A stretch of DNA of 46,929 bases, from the IMG/VR virus record IMGVR_UViG_2703718815_000012, positions 1 to 46,929 of that record; one strand, written 5' to 3'. Source of the DNA: a virus. Its lineage: Duplodnaviria; Heunggongvirae; Uroviricota; Caudoviricetes. Numbering within the stretch: position 1 is the stretch's first letter; the number at the start of each line of letters is the position of its first letter. The notes under the pieces are model-generated. The model made no database searches. It was given only the letters and a program-made list of their open reading frames with translations, and was not told the DNA's origin. Shown piece by piece: positions 18,497 through 26,890 of this stretch. A program made the position numbers and the translations under genes.

Positions 18497-19423
18497 TTAT
18501 TTCTCCGCCCAGGCGTAACCGCTCGCCTGCATCGATTTATATTCCTGTTTGAGTTTCGTGATGGTGTCCGGGTATTCCGGCTTGCCGTCCGCATCCACCA
18601 GCACCGACTGCTGGCTGCATTTGCAGTTGATGGAGTTGCCATCTTTGCTGTACCAGTCACGCACCTCTTCGTTGGTGTAGAGGTGGGCATGGCGCACTGC
18701 GTGGGTATGTCGCGTTGTCGGCGACAGAGCCGAGATGTGAACCAGCAGAGTTTTCAGGCCGAAGAGGTCATTCGCCTCCTGGTCTTCATCCCACTTGGCC
18801 CGGCGCAGCGCGGTAGTCACTTCAGTGCGCGCTATCCGGTTCGCCCGGCGCTTCTCGATGCCGGTCTGTTCTGTGAGGTTGCGGGCAATGTCCAGCGGAT
18901 TGAGACCACGCCCCACACCATCAGTCAGCACGCGCGCCATGTCGCGCTTAACGTCAGCCGTCAGCCCCTTCATTTCCTCAAACACACGGGCATGCACCAG
19001 CGCCATGCGTTGCTGGTAAGGGTCGCTTGCGAGGATGGAGGCCAGCGACTCACGACCGGCGGCGTACACCGGCGACTGCTGGCTGAGGTTGTAGAATGAC
19101 TGCCCGGTCCCCTTCTCCGAAGCCAGATCGATGTACTCGTAAAACCACAGGTCATAATCGCCACCTTCAAGCAGCACCTGATCCACCAGGTAACTGGCAT
19201 CGTTCAGGATGATGGAGAGTAGCGTTGGGTTTAACTGGTATTCGTATCTGGCGTTTACTGCGAGGGAGGAAGGTATTTTGTCGAGTGCTGATTTGTACGC
19301 CTTGCCAATCTTTTTCATCCGCCTGGCGAAGTCTTTCATTGTCCGTCGTTCCAGCGCATCGGCTCCGGTAGGATCCTGATAGTTACGCGGTAGAATTGGT
19401 GGCTTCGTCTTGTTCGTCGCCAT
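18497..19423 (-). CDS. head morphogenesis protein (Mu F / SPP1 gp7-like minor head protein, putative)
   Basis: 308-aa ORF immediately after portal gene; 5' end overlaps portal 3' end by 41 nt. Confidence 0.5.
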   Translation of the reverse strand: MATNKTKPPILPRNYQDPTGADALERRTMKDFARRMKKIGKAYKSALDKIPSSLAVNARYEYQLNPTLLSIILNDASYLVDQVLLEGGDYDLWFYEYIDLASEKGTGQSFYNLSQQSPVYAAGRESLASILASDPYQQRMALVHARVFEEMKGLTADVKRDMARVLTDGVGRGLNPLDIARNLTEQTGIEKRRANRIARTEVTTALRRAKWDEDQEANDLFGLKTLLVHISALSPTTRHTHAVRHAHLYTNEEVRDWYSKDGNSINCKCSQQSVLVDADGKPEYPDTITKLKQEYKSMQASGYAWAEK

Positions 19424-20732
19424 CCTCTTCTCCTAACGGCTCTTCGTCGTCATTGTCATAACCCGCAGCTGTACGAATCTCTTCACGGCTGAACGCTGGC
19501 TCTTCGCCGCTGCCCTGCATGGTCTGGTTAATTTCGCCCATGGTCTTGGCGTTAGTGAGCTTCTCAGTACCGGTCTGTTCGTTAAGGTCATCCCAGATAA
19601 CAGCCTTCTGGCTGACTGAGTCTACGATTTGTAGATCGATAAGCTTGTCGCAGAAGTCCTCTATTTCGAAAGAGAGGTCTACGCGTCGCGACTGACAACG
19701 AGCATTAAAGTATTTCTGGTCTTCGGTGCTGGAGCGCTCGGCCTGCTGATTACCAACCAGAATGCGCGTCGGGATATCAACACCGGCGGCAGCCGTTTGC
19801 AGGTTGACGTTATAGGTCGCTGAAGGATCAGCTACAGCAGTCACCAGCGGTGTGACCGTGGCCCCTTGGGTTGTCATCAAAACATCGTTGCCACGGTTCA
19901 TTTCCCCGGCAACTTCGTTAAACTTATCCTGCAACTCGTCAATGCTCACGCCATAAAGTGACGCAAGATTGTTGAAGTCGATTTCCTTCTCAAAGTTGAC
20001 ATTAAGCTGGCGCGCGGCGTTCTTCAGGAATGACTCGCCGGATCCACCCTCTACCTTCTCCAGGCTTACAAAGGCGTTATAAGCTGGCTCAAGGAAGCCA
20101 ATAGCATCGTCTGAGTAATCACCAAGGATGAAAACGCGATCGGGGTGGATATTGACGCGGCGACTTGAACCATTCGGCAAGCGTTCGGCGTACTGCCACA
20201 TTTTCGGCTGGCCGTATGTCTTCGAATTCAGGCCTGTGTCCCACTCGCTCACCATGAGCGATCCTGCCCAAGCCACTGAAACCTTCTGCAACCCGCGCCC
20301 TTTAGTAACCGGAAGGTTCCAGTCTTTTTCATCGCGGACGTGCAGAAGGATGCCTGCATAACGACCGACAAGGCGACGACGATCCGCCTCGGCAAATGAG
20401 CGCCAGAACCGGTTGTTGAATACCTGCTTTGACTTGTTTTCCCAGGCGGTTTCGTTTTCGCTCTCGTCGGCATCGTCACCCTCGATGATTTCCGGGTTAG
20501 TCTGCCAGCATTTGCCCACCAGCTTCTCAACGGCACCGTGAGCGATACCACCGCGACGGTACAGGGCATAAAGGTTTTCGTAGGTTACCTGCTCAGGGAA
20601 GCCATACTCGCACCATGCAGAATGGCGCTTATTGTCCAGCCCCATAGTCGGCGCCATCAGTCCCATACGGGCGCGCGCCATCCGCGCATCGTTCAACGCA
20701 TGGTTGACGGCGAGAGTTAATTTGTCAGTCAT
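19383..20732 (-). CDS. portal protein
   Basis: 449-aa ORF directly downstream of terminase large subunit, acidic C-terminus. Confidence 0.75.
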   Translation of the reverse strand: MTDKLTLAVNHALNDARMARARMGLMAPTMGLDNKRHSAWCEYGFPEQVTYENLYALYRRGGIAHGAVEKLVGKCWQTNPEIIEGDDADESENETAWENKSKQVFNNRFWRSFAEADRRRLVGRYAGILLHVRDEKDWNLPVTKGRGLQKVSVAWAGSLMVSEWDTGLNSKTYGQPKMWQYAERLPNGSSRRVNIHPDRVFILGDYSDDAIGFLEPAYNAFVSLEKVEGGSGESFLKNAARQLNVNFEKEIDFNNLASLYGVSIDELQDKFNEVAGEMNRGNDVLMTTQGATVTPLVTAVADPSATYNVNLQTAAAGVDIPTRILVGNQQAERSSTEDQKYFNARCQSRRVDLSFEIEDFCDKLIDLQIVDSVSQKAVIWDDLNEQTGTEKLTNAKTMGEINQTMQGSGEEPAFSREEIRTAAGYDNDDEEPLGEEDGDEQDEATNSTA

Positions 20733-20747
20733 GGTTTGTCCGTTTGG

Positions 20748-21995
20748 TTAGCGAAGGCGTTTCGGAATCATCATCCCAGCCATCTGGCCTTTGCGCTTAA
20801 TGTGTCCGTCGAGGCTATAGCGAATACCATCCCAGCAGTGCTCATAGCCATCGGCGAGCTTAGGCAACACCTCGCCAGTGATGCGGTCCGTTTTGTACGA
20901 CCACATGCGGGCCTCTCGCGCTACGTTCTTGCAGCGCGGATGGATAATGATTTCGTCGAATCCGCGAAGATGTGCAATACCGTCCTCAACGCTCCCCTGC
21001 CATTTCTCGGCGGCCGAGATGTTGAAGCCCTGCCGCTTGAGATAGCTGATCGTCTCGGGTCGAGCGGAGTCGGCCTTGATGGGCCAGTCACGCGCGCCTG
21101 GTATCGTGTCGTACAGCTCAGGCATGTGGTCGAGCTCTGTCTGCTGACCGTATGCCTCGTATTCGATGTAGAGCCGGTTGTGCAGGATGAACGAGCGAAC
21201 TAGCGTGTTGGGGTCTTTAGCGAAACCGAAGTCCGCGCCGAAGAACAACCGATCAGCCTCTTTCCAGAGGTTATCCGAGAACTCAGCAATCCGGTATTTA
21301 CCGGCCAGCACCTGCTTATCAGAGTTTTCGAGGTAAGCCCCCTCCCACACCCATGCGTATGTTGCCGGGTCGAGGCGTCGCTGATCGTTCTGTCTCTCAC
21401 CTTCCAGCACGTCAGGGAACCACGGGTTATCCGTGTAGTTCATTTCAACGGTGATGCAGTCGTCGCCAGCCTCTTTGCGGAAACGCTTATCCGTGGCGCT
21501 ACCGTCACGCTCCGGGTTCCACGTCACCCAAATCTCTGATCCCTCTTCACGAACGGTAGGACTCAGCTTCTGCCAGGCAATTTCGCTGACTGATTCAGCC
21601 TCGTCCACCCAGCACAATAGAATGCGCGCTTTCGACTTGATGCTGTCGAGGTTATGCCTAAGACCGCAGAACACGTAGTTAACGCTCTTGTCGATGGTGC
21701 GGATGTACTTCTCGCCGATATCAAAGTTGGAAGCCAGCCAAGGGACAGACAGGATCGCCTGCTTCACCTCCTGCATACTCGACTCTTCCAACGAGTTCAT
21801 GAACTCACGGGCGCAGAGCACCACGCCGCTTTCACCGTTCATCATCGACTGATAAGCCTTTACAGCAGTCATCAGGGCGAATGTGCGCGTCTTGGCGCTG
21901 CCGCGCCCACCGTGCGAACACCGGTAACGCTTATTCACGGCGGTGAACAGTGGTGCAAGCTTCGCGGGGATCGGCAGTTGAACGGCTTCACTCAT
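20748..21995 (-). CDS. terminase large subunit (PBSX / Terminase_3-type)
   Basis: N-terminal ATPase region (P-loop-like HGGRGSAKT, Walker B-like LLCWVDEAE) and C-terminal nuclease region; ATGA coupling to small subunit. Confidence 0.85.
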   Translation of the reverse strand: MSEAVQLPIPAKLAPLFTAVNKRYRCSHGGRGSAKTRTFALMTAVKAYQSMMNGESGVVLCAREFMNSLEESSMQEVKQAILSVPWLASNFDIGEKYIRTIDKSVNYVFCGLRHNLDSIKSKARILLCWVDEAESVSEIAWQKLSPTVREEGSEIWVTWNPERDGSATDKRFRKEAGDDCITVEMNYTDNPWFPDVLEGERQNDQRRLDPATYAWVWEGAYLENSDKQVLAGKYRIAEFSDNLWKEADRLFFGADFGFAKDPNTLVRSFILHNRLYIEYEAYGQQTELDHMPELYDTIPGARDWPIKADSARPETISYLKRQGFNISAAEKWQGSVEDGIAHLRGFDEIIIHPRCKNVAREARMWSYKTDRITGEVLPKLADGYEHCWDGIRYSLDGHIKRKGQMAGMMIPKRLR

Positions 21996-22447
21996 GCTTT
22001 CGGCTCAACAGGTAGTAACTGGATGATTGTCGGCTGCGGAGTCATGCTGCCATCAGGGCTTGTATGCTCGACTTTCTGGCGATTTGTGTAGGCATCGCCC
22101 ATTTCTTTGGCGGCCTGCTCGATAAGCTGCGAGGTCATGCCGTAGTTCTTCATCTTTTCAGCATTGGTCGCCATTCGGTCGAGAACGCGCAACCGGTACG
22201 CTTTATTTGCGATCGGAATGTCACCGATCTCATTCTGGAATCGTTTACGGGTAGCGTTGAACAGGTCAATCCACTTCTGGCTCAACTTGGCCGCCATTGC
22301 GTTGCCTGGCGTATATTGCGACACCTGCTGACGTGAGACATCGATGCCATATTCAGCCTTTACAAGCTCAATGACTTTTACCGGGGTCTCGTAGCAGGCG
22401 AGTGATTGAACGATGAAGGCTTTAACCTCTGTCGATAATGCTGCCAC
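21992..22447 (-). CDS. terminase small subunit (putative)
   Basis: 151-aa ORF upstream of and coupled to terminase large subunit; GTG start with GGAGG SD. Confidence 0.6.
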   Translation of the reverse strand: MAALSTEVKAFIVQSLACYETPVKVIELVKAEYGIDVSRQQVSQYTPGNAMAAKLSQKWIDLFNATRKRFQNEIGDIPIANKAYRLRVLDRMATNAEKMKNYGMTSQLIEQAAKEMGDAYTNRQKVEHTSPDGSMTPQPTIIQLLPVEPKA

Positions 22448-22478
22448 AGGCTACCTCCATGACAATCTGAATAAAGCA

Positions 22479-23117
22479 TTACGCCAGCTTCAACATGCAC
22501 GTCCCGCATGACCTGGCTATATCGATGTGAGCCACTTCTGCTGGCGCATTGGCCGCATCAACGAGCTCCTGTACTTCTTTGCTGGCACCGTATCGCCGTA
22601 CGACACCAGTGAATTCTTCGACGTCGTGGCCGCGCAGTGTAAGCACTGGCTGCCCGGTCTCTTTGTTGAACTTAGGCACGCCGAAATCATCGGTGTCCTG
22701 GGCGATGTGGTAAAGCTCATGCTCTACCAGTGCGCAGAATTCAAGGTCACTGCATTGTGAGCAGTAATCGGCTGCCAGCGTGATGATGAACTTCGGGATT
22801 CGTCCGAACCATTCATGCATCTGCTGTTCCATTCTGGCTTTCTGCCAGCCACCGGCGCGTAGCATTACCTGTTCAGCCTGACCGAGAACGTAGCGCCCTT
22901 TCTTCGCGAACGAGTCAGAGGCCCACATGAAGCAGAGATCAGCCTCTAACAGGTGCTCGTGGTCAGAGTTATGGATGCTTCCGGTGTCGCTGAGGATTTG
23001 GCGGTTTATCCACTCATGCACTTCGTTGGCGGGGATCAGCCTGGTGTATGGCTGCCAGTTGTCGGAGTCGATGAAGTCGACTGGCGGATATGGCCTGCGA
23101 TCGTCATCGTTATCCAT
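22479..23117 (-). CDS. hypothetical protein with HExxH motif (putative metallopeptidase-like)
   Basis: 212-aa ORF containing HELYH; first gene of the packaging block. Confidence 0.35.
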   Translation of the reverse strand: MDNDDDRRPYPPVDFIDSDNWQPYTRLIPANEVHEWINRQILSDTGSIHNSDHEHLLEADLCFMWASDSFAKKGRYVLGQAEQVMLRAGGWQKARMEQQMHEWFGRIPKFIITLAADYCSQCSDLEFCALVEHELYHIAQDTDDFGVPKFNKETGQPVLTLRGHDVEEFTGVVRRYGASKEVQELVDAANAPAEVAHIDIARSCGTCMLKLA

Positions 23118-23150
23118 ATCTTACTCCGTTCATTCGATCGCTATTTAAAT

Positions 23151-23183
23151 GTGATTTGCTCCTCATGATTTGCTCAAAATCAC
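23151..23183 (+). promoter_or_regulatory. operator-like repeat cluster upstream of plus-strand moron
   Basis: direct repeat TGATTTGCTC x2 (23152..23161, 23166..23175) nested in inverted repeat GTGATTT...AAATCAC; followed by TAAGGAGG SD and ATG at 23237. Confidence 0.4.
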
Positions 23184-23236
23184 TCAATAATTCCTACTTT
23201 TAGTCGATTATTGAAGAGGTTTCATAAGGAGGAACT

Positions 23237-23575
23237 ATGGGTATTGAAGAGAACTTGCTCGAAACACTGTTAAAGCATGATGTTTTCCATAATGAAGATG
23301 GCAAAGTATCAGGCATTGCCAAGCTTGCTATCGACAAAGGATATGCAACTTTATCGCCAGCACAAAAGAGAGTATTACAACCGTTTATGAGTCATGGTTG
23401 TGAGGGTTACACCGATCCTGGTGGACATCACAACGGTTGCGGAAAGGTTCTTGAAGGTGCAGAGCTTGATGAAGCTTATGAGCATACCTGGGAACATGGC
23501 GGCTTAGTCTGCGAAGACTGTCGCGAACAAAGTGATTATGACGATTACCGTCGTGAAAGGTTCATGAAAGACTAA
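23237..23575 (+). CDS. hypothetical Cys/His-rich protein (moron, 112 aa)
   Basis: only plus-strand gene in the late region; strong SD, own upstream repeats, own terminator; HGCEGY...HHNGCG...CEDC suggests metal binding. Confidence 0.55.
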   Translation: MGIEENLLETLLKHDVFHNEDGKVSGIAKLAIDKGYATLSPAQKRVLQPFMSHGCEGYTDPGGHHNGCGKVLEGAELDEAYEHTWEHGGLVCEDCREQSDYDDYRRERFMKD

Positions 23576-23581
23576 TGTTTC

Positions 23582-23614
23582 GGCCTATCTAACGGTAGGC
23601 CTTTCGCTTTTCCC
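23582..23614 (+). terminator. intrinsic terminator between convergent genes
   Basis: ggccta-tctaacgg-taggcc followed by tttcgcttttccc, 7 nt after the stop. Confidence 0.6.
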
Positions 23615-23619
23615 TTCCT

Positions 23620-23835
23620 TTACTCACTTTCTTCTGTTGACTGGTTGGCCTGCTCTGCCGGTACTGGCGTGAACTGCACGCGCTTCACATCGGCCGGTGC
23701 GAAATACAGCCACTCGCCTGAATCAGTCGCCAGCGGCACAAAGCCATTAACCAACTCAGGCTGACGTCGTGACATCTTGCCCGTGAAGGTTTCGCCTGTT
23801 TGAGTGGTTAGCGTGATTTGGTAGATGTCGGACAT
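23620..23835 (-). CDS. hypothetical protein (71 aa)
   Basis: ATG 23835 with GAGGG SD (track ORF starts at GTG 23847). Confidence 0.4.
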   Translation of the reverse strand: MSDIYQITLTTQTGETFTGKMSRRQPELVNGFVPLATDSGEWLYFAPADVKRVQFTPVPAEQANQSTEESE

Positions 23836-23858
23836 GAAGACCCTCACAAGCCACTGTT

Positions 23859-23890
23859 GAAGAAAATGCCATCAGCATGGTGATGGCATT
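23859..23890 (-). terminator. intrinsic terminator after AT-rich moron gene
   Basis: minus strand perfect 10-bp stem AATGCCATCA/TGATGGCATT, 6-nt loop, then TTCTTC; 23 nt after the stop at 23913. Confidence 0.6.
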
Positions 23891-23912
23891 ACAATTCAAT
23901 AATATGGCTGTA

Positions 23913-24497
23913 TTATTTTGCAGTTTTGTATTCAATAAACCCGTCAAAAATCAGACTATCGATGGTCATCATTTTCGTAAGTTTTTCCATAACCTCAGGA
24001 TTTTCTTGCATATCAACAAGCCATCTCCTCACGCCATTAGCTATATCATTACATAACTCAATAACATCTAATTGCAGAACACCATTAAAAGCATTCATAT
24101 GTGCATGAAGGTTTTCTCGCGCAGGGGTCGTTATCTTAAACTTCCTTAGCTTCGTTTCATCAACGCCTTCATGCAAACATGCATTCCTTAAACTCCAACA
24201 GTCTTCTGCAGTGAATGAGACTACGGGTTTTTGCGCCCTTAAGCTTTGCTTTATTCCTTCAGGCATGCTCTGAACCATTGCAGGGCTGGTGAGACTTAAA
24301 TAGTCATACATGTTATCAGCGTTATATCTTGGCTTAAGATAGCGATTAAACCAGTCCTTGTACCTCGCGCCATTTCCTTTGATTTTATCCTCTGTCGCGC
24401 CACAGATGTCAGGAAGTGATATTGCTATGAATAAAGCACCAAACCAATTCTTTTTAGACAAGCAATCATCTATTCCACTCAGCAACTGTTGCATATA
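23913..24497 (-). CDS. hypothetical protein, AT-rich moron (194 aa from ATG 24497; 220 aa if started at 24575)
   Basis: codon composition much more AT-rich than neighbours; SD AAGGTG before ATG 24497; C-terminal helical region contains RENLHAH (R-x5-H), reminiscent of a HEPN motif. Confidence 0.5.
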   Translation of the reverse strand, partial: YMQQLLSGIDDCLSKKNWFGALFIAISLPDICGATEDKIKGNGARYKDWFNRYLKPRYNADNMYDYLSLTSPAMVQSMPEGIKQSLRAQKPVVSFTAEDCWSLRNACLHEGVDETKLRKFKITTPARENLHAHMNAFNGVLQLDVIELCNDIANGVRRWLVDMQENPEVMEKLTKMMTIDSLIFDGFIEYKTAK

Positions 24498-24562
24498 TGA
24501 GCACCTTATTTTGTTGTAGACAGAGCCTACAATACAACCAGATGCAACTATTAAGAAAACCT

Positions 24563-25024
24563 TTACTTCAAGCACTGAGTGCTTAGATATTCCTGAAGAT
24601 AGCCAACCTGCTTCATCACTGTGGCGATTCTTTCTCTGAGGGTGAAATAATCCCGTTCAGCGGAGTCAGTAAGTCGGGGGCCGGAAGCATCGCCCATGCC
24701 GCTGGAGCCGGTCGTTCCGTTCGCGGGACAGTTTGCGTTGAGCTGCAGCCGCTTACGGCCAGCAATGACATCGCTATGCAGACGCTCAATGGTTTCTTTC
24801 GCATCAGCTAGTTCTCCGGTGTATTTGGCATCCAGTGCAGCGACATCACGCTGGCGGGCCTGCATGTCTTTTATGGTGGTGTTAGCCAGGCTGAGTTTCT
24901 CAGTGGCTTTATCGCGCTGGTCTTTATAAGCGATGGCGTTGTCGCGGTAGTGGTTAATCGCCCAGGCCATGGAAACGAGCAGGCAGATAACGACAGCACA
25001 GATGATTGCTGTTAATCGGCTCAT
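24563..25024 (-). CDS. Rz: i-spanin Rz
   Basis: N-terminal TM anchor then coiled-coil periplasmic domain; ATG 25024 overlaps endolysin stop; lipoprotein gene embedded in another frame. Confidence 0.8.
   Translation of the reverse strand: MSRLTAIICAVVICLLVSMAWAINHYRDNAIAYKDQRDKATEKLSLANTTIKDMQARQRDVAALDAKYTGELADAKETIERLHSDVIAGRKRLQLNANCPANGTTGSSGMGDASGPRLTDSAERDYFTLRERIATVMKQVGYLQEYLSTQCLK
24616..24804 (-). CDS. Rz1: o-spanin Rz1 (outer-membrane lipoprotein) embedded in Rz
   Basis: signal peptide ending in lipobox VSGC, Pro-rich mature part, entirely inside Rz in a different frame. Confidence 0.75.
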   Translation of the reverse strand: MRKKPLSVCIAMSLLAVSGCSSTQTVPRTERPAPAAWAMLPAPDLLTPLNGIISPSEKESPQ

Positions 25025-25515
25025 TTCTGGCCCCACTCGCAAACTTCGCGCTCAATCTCGCGCCGGGTTATCAGTCCCTTCCACTGCTTGCCACCGGCAT
25101 ACGTCCAGCGTTGCAGTTCTTTGCATGCCCCCGGCACGTCTCCGGCGTTCAGCTTCTTCAGCAGCGTCGAGCTGGCAAAAGCACCAGAGCCAACGTTATA
25201 GGTGAAGGAGTAAAGCGCGGCGCGGGTTGGCTCAGGAATGCGAACCTTGATCAGCGGGTCGATAGCATTTGCCACCTTTCGCAGATCGGCCTTCAGCATG
25301 TTGTCGCACTCTTTGTCGGTGTATCGGTGACCGCGGCGAATGTCCGCTCCGGTGTGCCCATCGCAAACAGTCCAGACGCCGACCACATCCTGATAGGCGT
25401 AATAGCGCCGTCCTTCCAGCCCATCGGCATTGCCCAGCATTACTGCAGCAATGGTGATGGCTCCGGATCCGCCAACAATGGCACCCACCAGCTTATTCCT
25501 CAACGTTGGGTTCAT
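25021..25515 (-). CDS. SAR endolysin (T4-type lysozyme, P21 R-like)
   Basis: N-terminal Gly/Ala-rich signal-arrest-release TM ([20 protein letters not shown]), catalytic core LEG...[10 protein letters not shown], conserved C-terminus [13 protein letters not shown]. Confidence 0.85.
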   Translation of the reverse strand: MNPTLRNKLVGAIVGGSGAITIAAVMLGNADGLEGRRYYAYQDVVGVWTVCDGHTGADIRRGHRYTDKECDNMLKADLRKVANAIDPLIKVRIPEPTRAALYSFTYNVGSGAFASSTLLKKLNAGDVPGACKELQRWTYAGGKQWKGLITRREIEREVCEWGQK

Positions 25516-25717
25516 CTCGGCTCCTGCTGCGGCGGTTGTCTTCGCGGATCTTGAAATAGAGATTCGTCAGATACGTCAGTACGGCAATGATGATACCCAC
25601 CAGCACGCCGATAGCGTTCCACTGCTCGGGGCTGTAGGCATTAAGCATGCCGTTTAGGATGCTCCCGGCTGAAGCGCCATAGGCAGCACCAGTGGTTATT
25701 TTTTCCATGCGATACAT
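25493..25717 (-). CDS. class II holin (pinholin S21-like) with dual-start motif
   Basis: 74-aa two-TM protein; MYRMEK N-terminus gives Met1/Met4 dual start; basic C-terminal tail [12 protein letters not shown]. Confidence 0.8.
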   Translation of the reverse strand: MYRMEKITTGAAYGASAGSILNGMLNAYSPEQWNAIGVLVGIIIAVLTYLTNLYFKIREDNRRSRSRDEPNVEE

Positions 25718-25816
25718 GCTCTCACCTCGCGTAGTTAGCGGGTGCTGTTCGTGTAGTGGGAAAGGCCGTCAAACACGATAGCTACGGGGCATCTGAAAGT
25801 GATTGTCTGCGGCCTG

Positions 25817-25842
25817 AATAAAAAACCCGGCGACAGGCCGGG
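25817..25842 (-). terminator. intrinsic terminator between tRNA and holin gene
   Basis: minus strand cccggc-ctgtc-gccggg followed by TTTTTTATT. Confidence 0.6.
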
Positions 25843-25896
25843 AAGATGAGGGTAAGGCAATGTCGGCTCTACGGCCTATCCCAGCTGGCGGGATTC

Positions 25897-25972
25897 TGGT
25901 GCTGATTGACGGAGTTGAACCGCCGACATCCTGCTTACAAGGCAGGCGCTCTACCTACTGAGCTAAATCAGC
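25897..25972 (-). tRNA. tRNA-Thr (anticodon UGU)
   Basis: 76-nt cloverleaf on minus strand: acceptor stem GCTGATT/AATCAGC, D-arm AGCTCAGTAGGTAGAGC, anticodon stem CCTGC/GCAGG with loop CUUGUAA, T-arm GGCGG-TTCAACT-CCGTC, encoded CCA. Confidence 0.85.
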
Positions 25973-25973
25973 C

Positions 25974-26002
25974 AATAAAAAAGCCCCGCACGATGGCGAG
26001 GC
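25974..26002 (-). terminator. intrinsic terminator immediately downstream of Q (tR'-like)
   Basis: minus strand gcctcgc-catcgt-gcggggc (one G-U pair) followed by TTTTTTATTG, ending 2 nt before the tRNA 5' end. Confidence 0.5.
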
Positions 26003-26064
26003 TGGTTATTCATTCATGTCACACACAACAATGGCAACATATACGAATTATTCTGCTCATTTGT

Positions 26065-26565
26065 TCATTGAAAAGCAAGCACGTTGTGAACATTTTTTGC
26101 AACTTTGTTCACATTATCGCGGCTGATAAAGGCATTTTGCAGCGGTTGATACAGGCAGAACAGTGCCGCGTTAAGTGTTTCCTTCACCTCCCGGCGTATG
26201 GTGGATATGCTCGGGTGCTTATACTGATTCCCGCCACGCGTCTTCATCACTCGAGGTTTGCTCACAGCGTGCTGCCAGCTGGCGATGCGGATCTCACTGG
26301 AGTTGCAGACGTAATAGGCGAAGACAACACGCCAGGCGTTCTCGTCGATATTTTTCAGGTAATGGCGCAGCACTGCGTCAATCAGCATACCGTCGTCGTC
26401 GCTACATACCGGGCGAGATGCCTGCTGCGGTTCGACGGTCGCCATAAACTTGGCAATCATGTTGATCATCGCCTTGTCTATCTTCCCGGTCTGCGACCAT
26501 GCACCCCACAACTGGAGCCACTGATCAATCCACTGATGCTGCTCGTTGGTTAATTCCAGTTTCAT
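26065..26565 (-). CDS. Q: late-gene antiterminator Q (putative)
   Basis: 166-aa ORF at end of nin region, immediately upstream of the terminator-tRNA-lysis cassette; AGAAGGAGG SD. Confidence 0.6.
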   Translation of the reverse strand: MKLELTNEQHQWIDQWLQLWGAWSQTGKIDKAMINMIAKFMATVEPQQASRPVCSDDDGMLIDAVLRHYLKNIDENAWRVVFAYYVCNSSEIRIASWQHAVSKPRVMKTRGGNQYKHPSISTIRREVKETLNAALFCLYQPLQNAFISRDNVNKVAKNVHNVLAFQ

Positions 26566-26678
26566 GCGGCCTCCTTCTTTGGCTGGTTGGTTTTGGTCTG
26601 GCTGTGCTTTGCTATTGGCGGCAGACTGGCGCGCTTAACGCTTTCGGCCTGGTATCTGGCTATCTGGTCACTGGTCAT
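26562..26678 (-). CDS. small basic protein (38 aa, below ORF-track cutoff)
   Basis: ATG overlaps stop of 26678..26890 and its TGA overlaps the Q ATG; could alternatively be only the Q leader. Confidence 0.3.
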   Translation of the reverse strand: MTSDQIARYQAESVKRASLPPIAKHSQTKTNQPKKEAA

Positions 26679-26890
26679 CAAATCGCCCTCGGCCTAGTTA
26701 CGCACACAGAAATTCGGTAATGCTCACCTGCATCAAATACGAATCCTTTTGCGTAAGTGGATAGCCCATCAGATACCGTCTTCCTTGCTAGCCTGTCAGC
26801 CGCGTGTTGTGCCTGCCTCTTGCTCATCCTGATAGCGTTAAAATCGGCGTCCGTCAGCGGGCCACCTATGCCGAAAACTGGCTTTATCAT
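26678..26890 (-). CDS. hypothetical nin-region protein (70 aa)
   Basis: ORF coupled to NinG stop by ATGA overlap. Confidence 0.45.
   Translation of the reverse strand: MIKPVFGIGGPLTDADFNAIRMSKRQAQHAADRLARKTVSDGLSTYAKGFVFDAGEHYRISVCVTRPRAI

Noticed and set aside
17909-19099. 396-aa plus-strand ORF
   Set aside because: Lies antisense across the scaffold and Mu F-like head genes, which have coherent synteny and translational coupling; long antisense ORFs are expected in GC-rich coding DNA, and the translation is Arg/His/Cys-rich junk-like
25006-25554. 182-aa plus-strand ORF
   Set aside because: Antisense to the SAR endolysin gene
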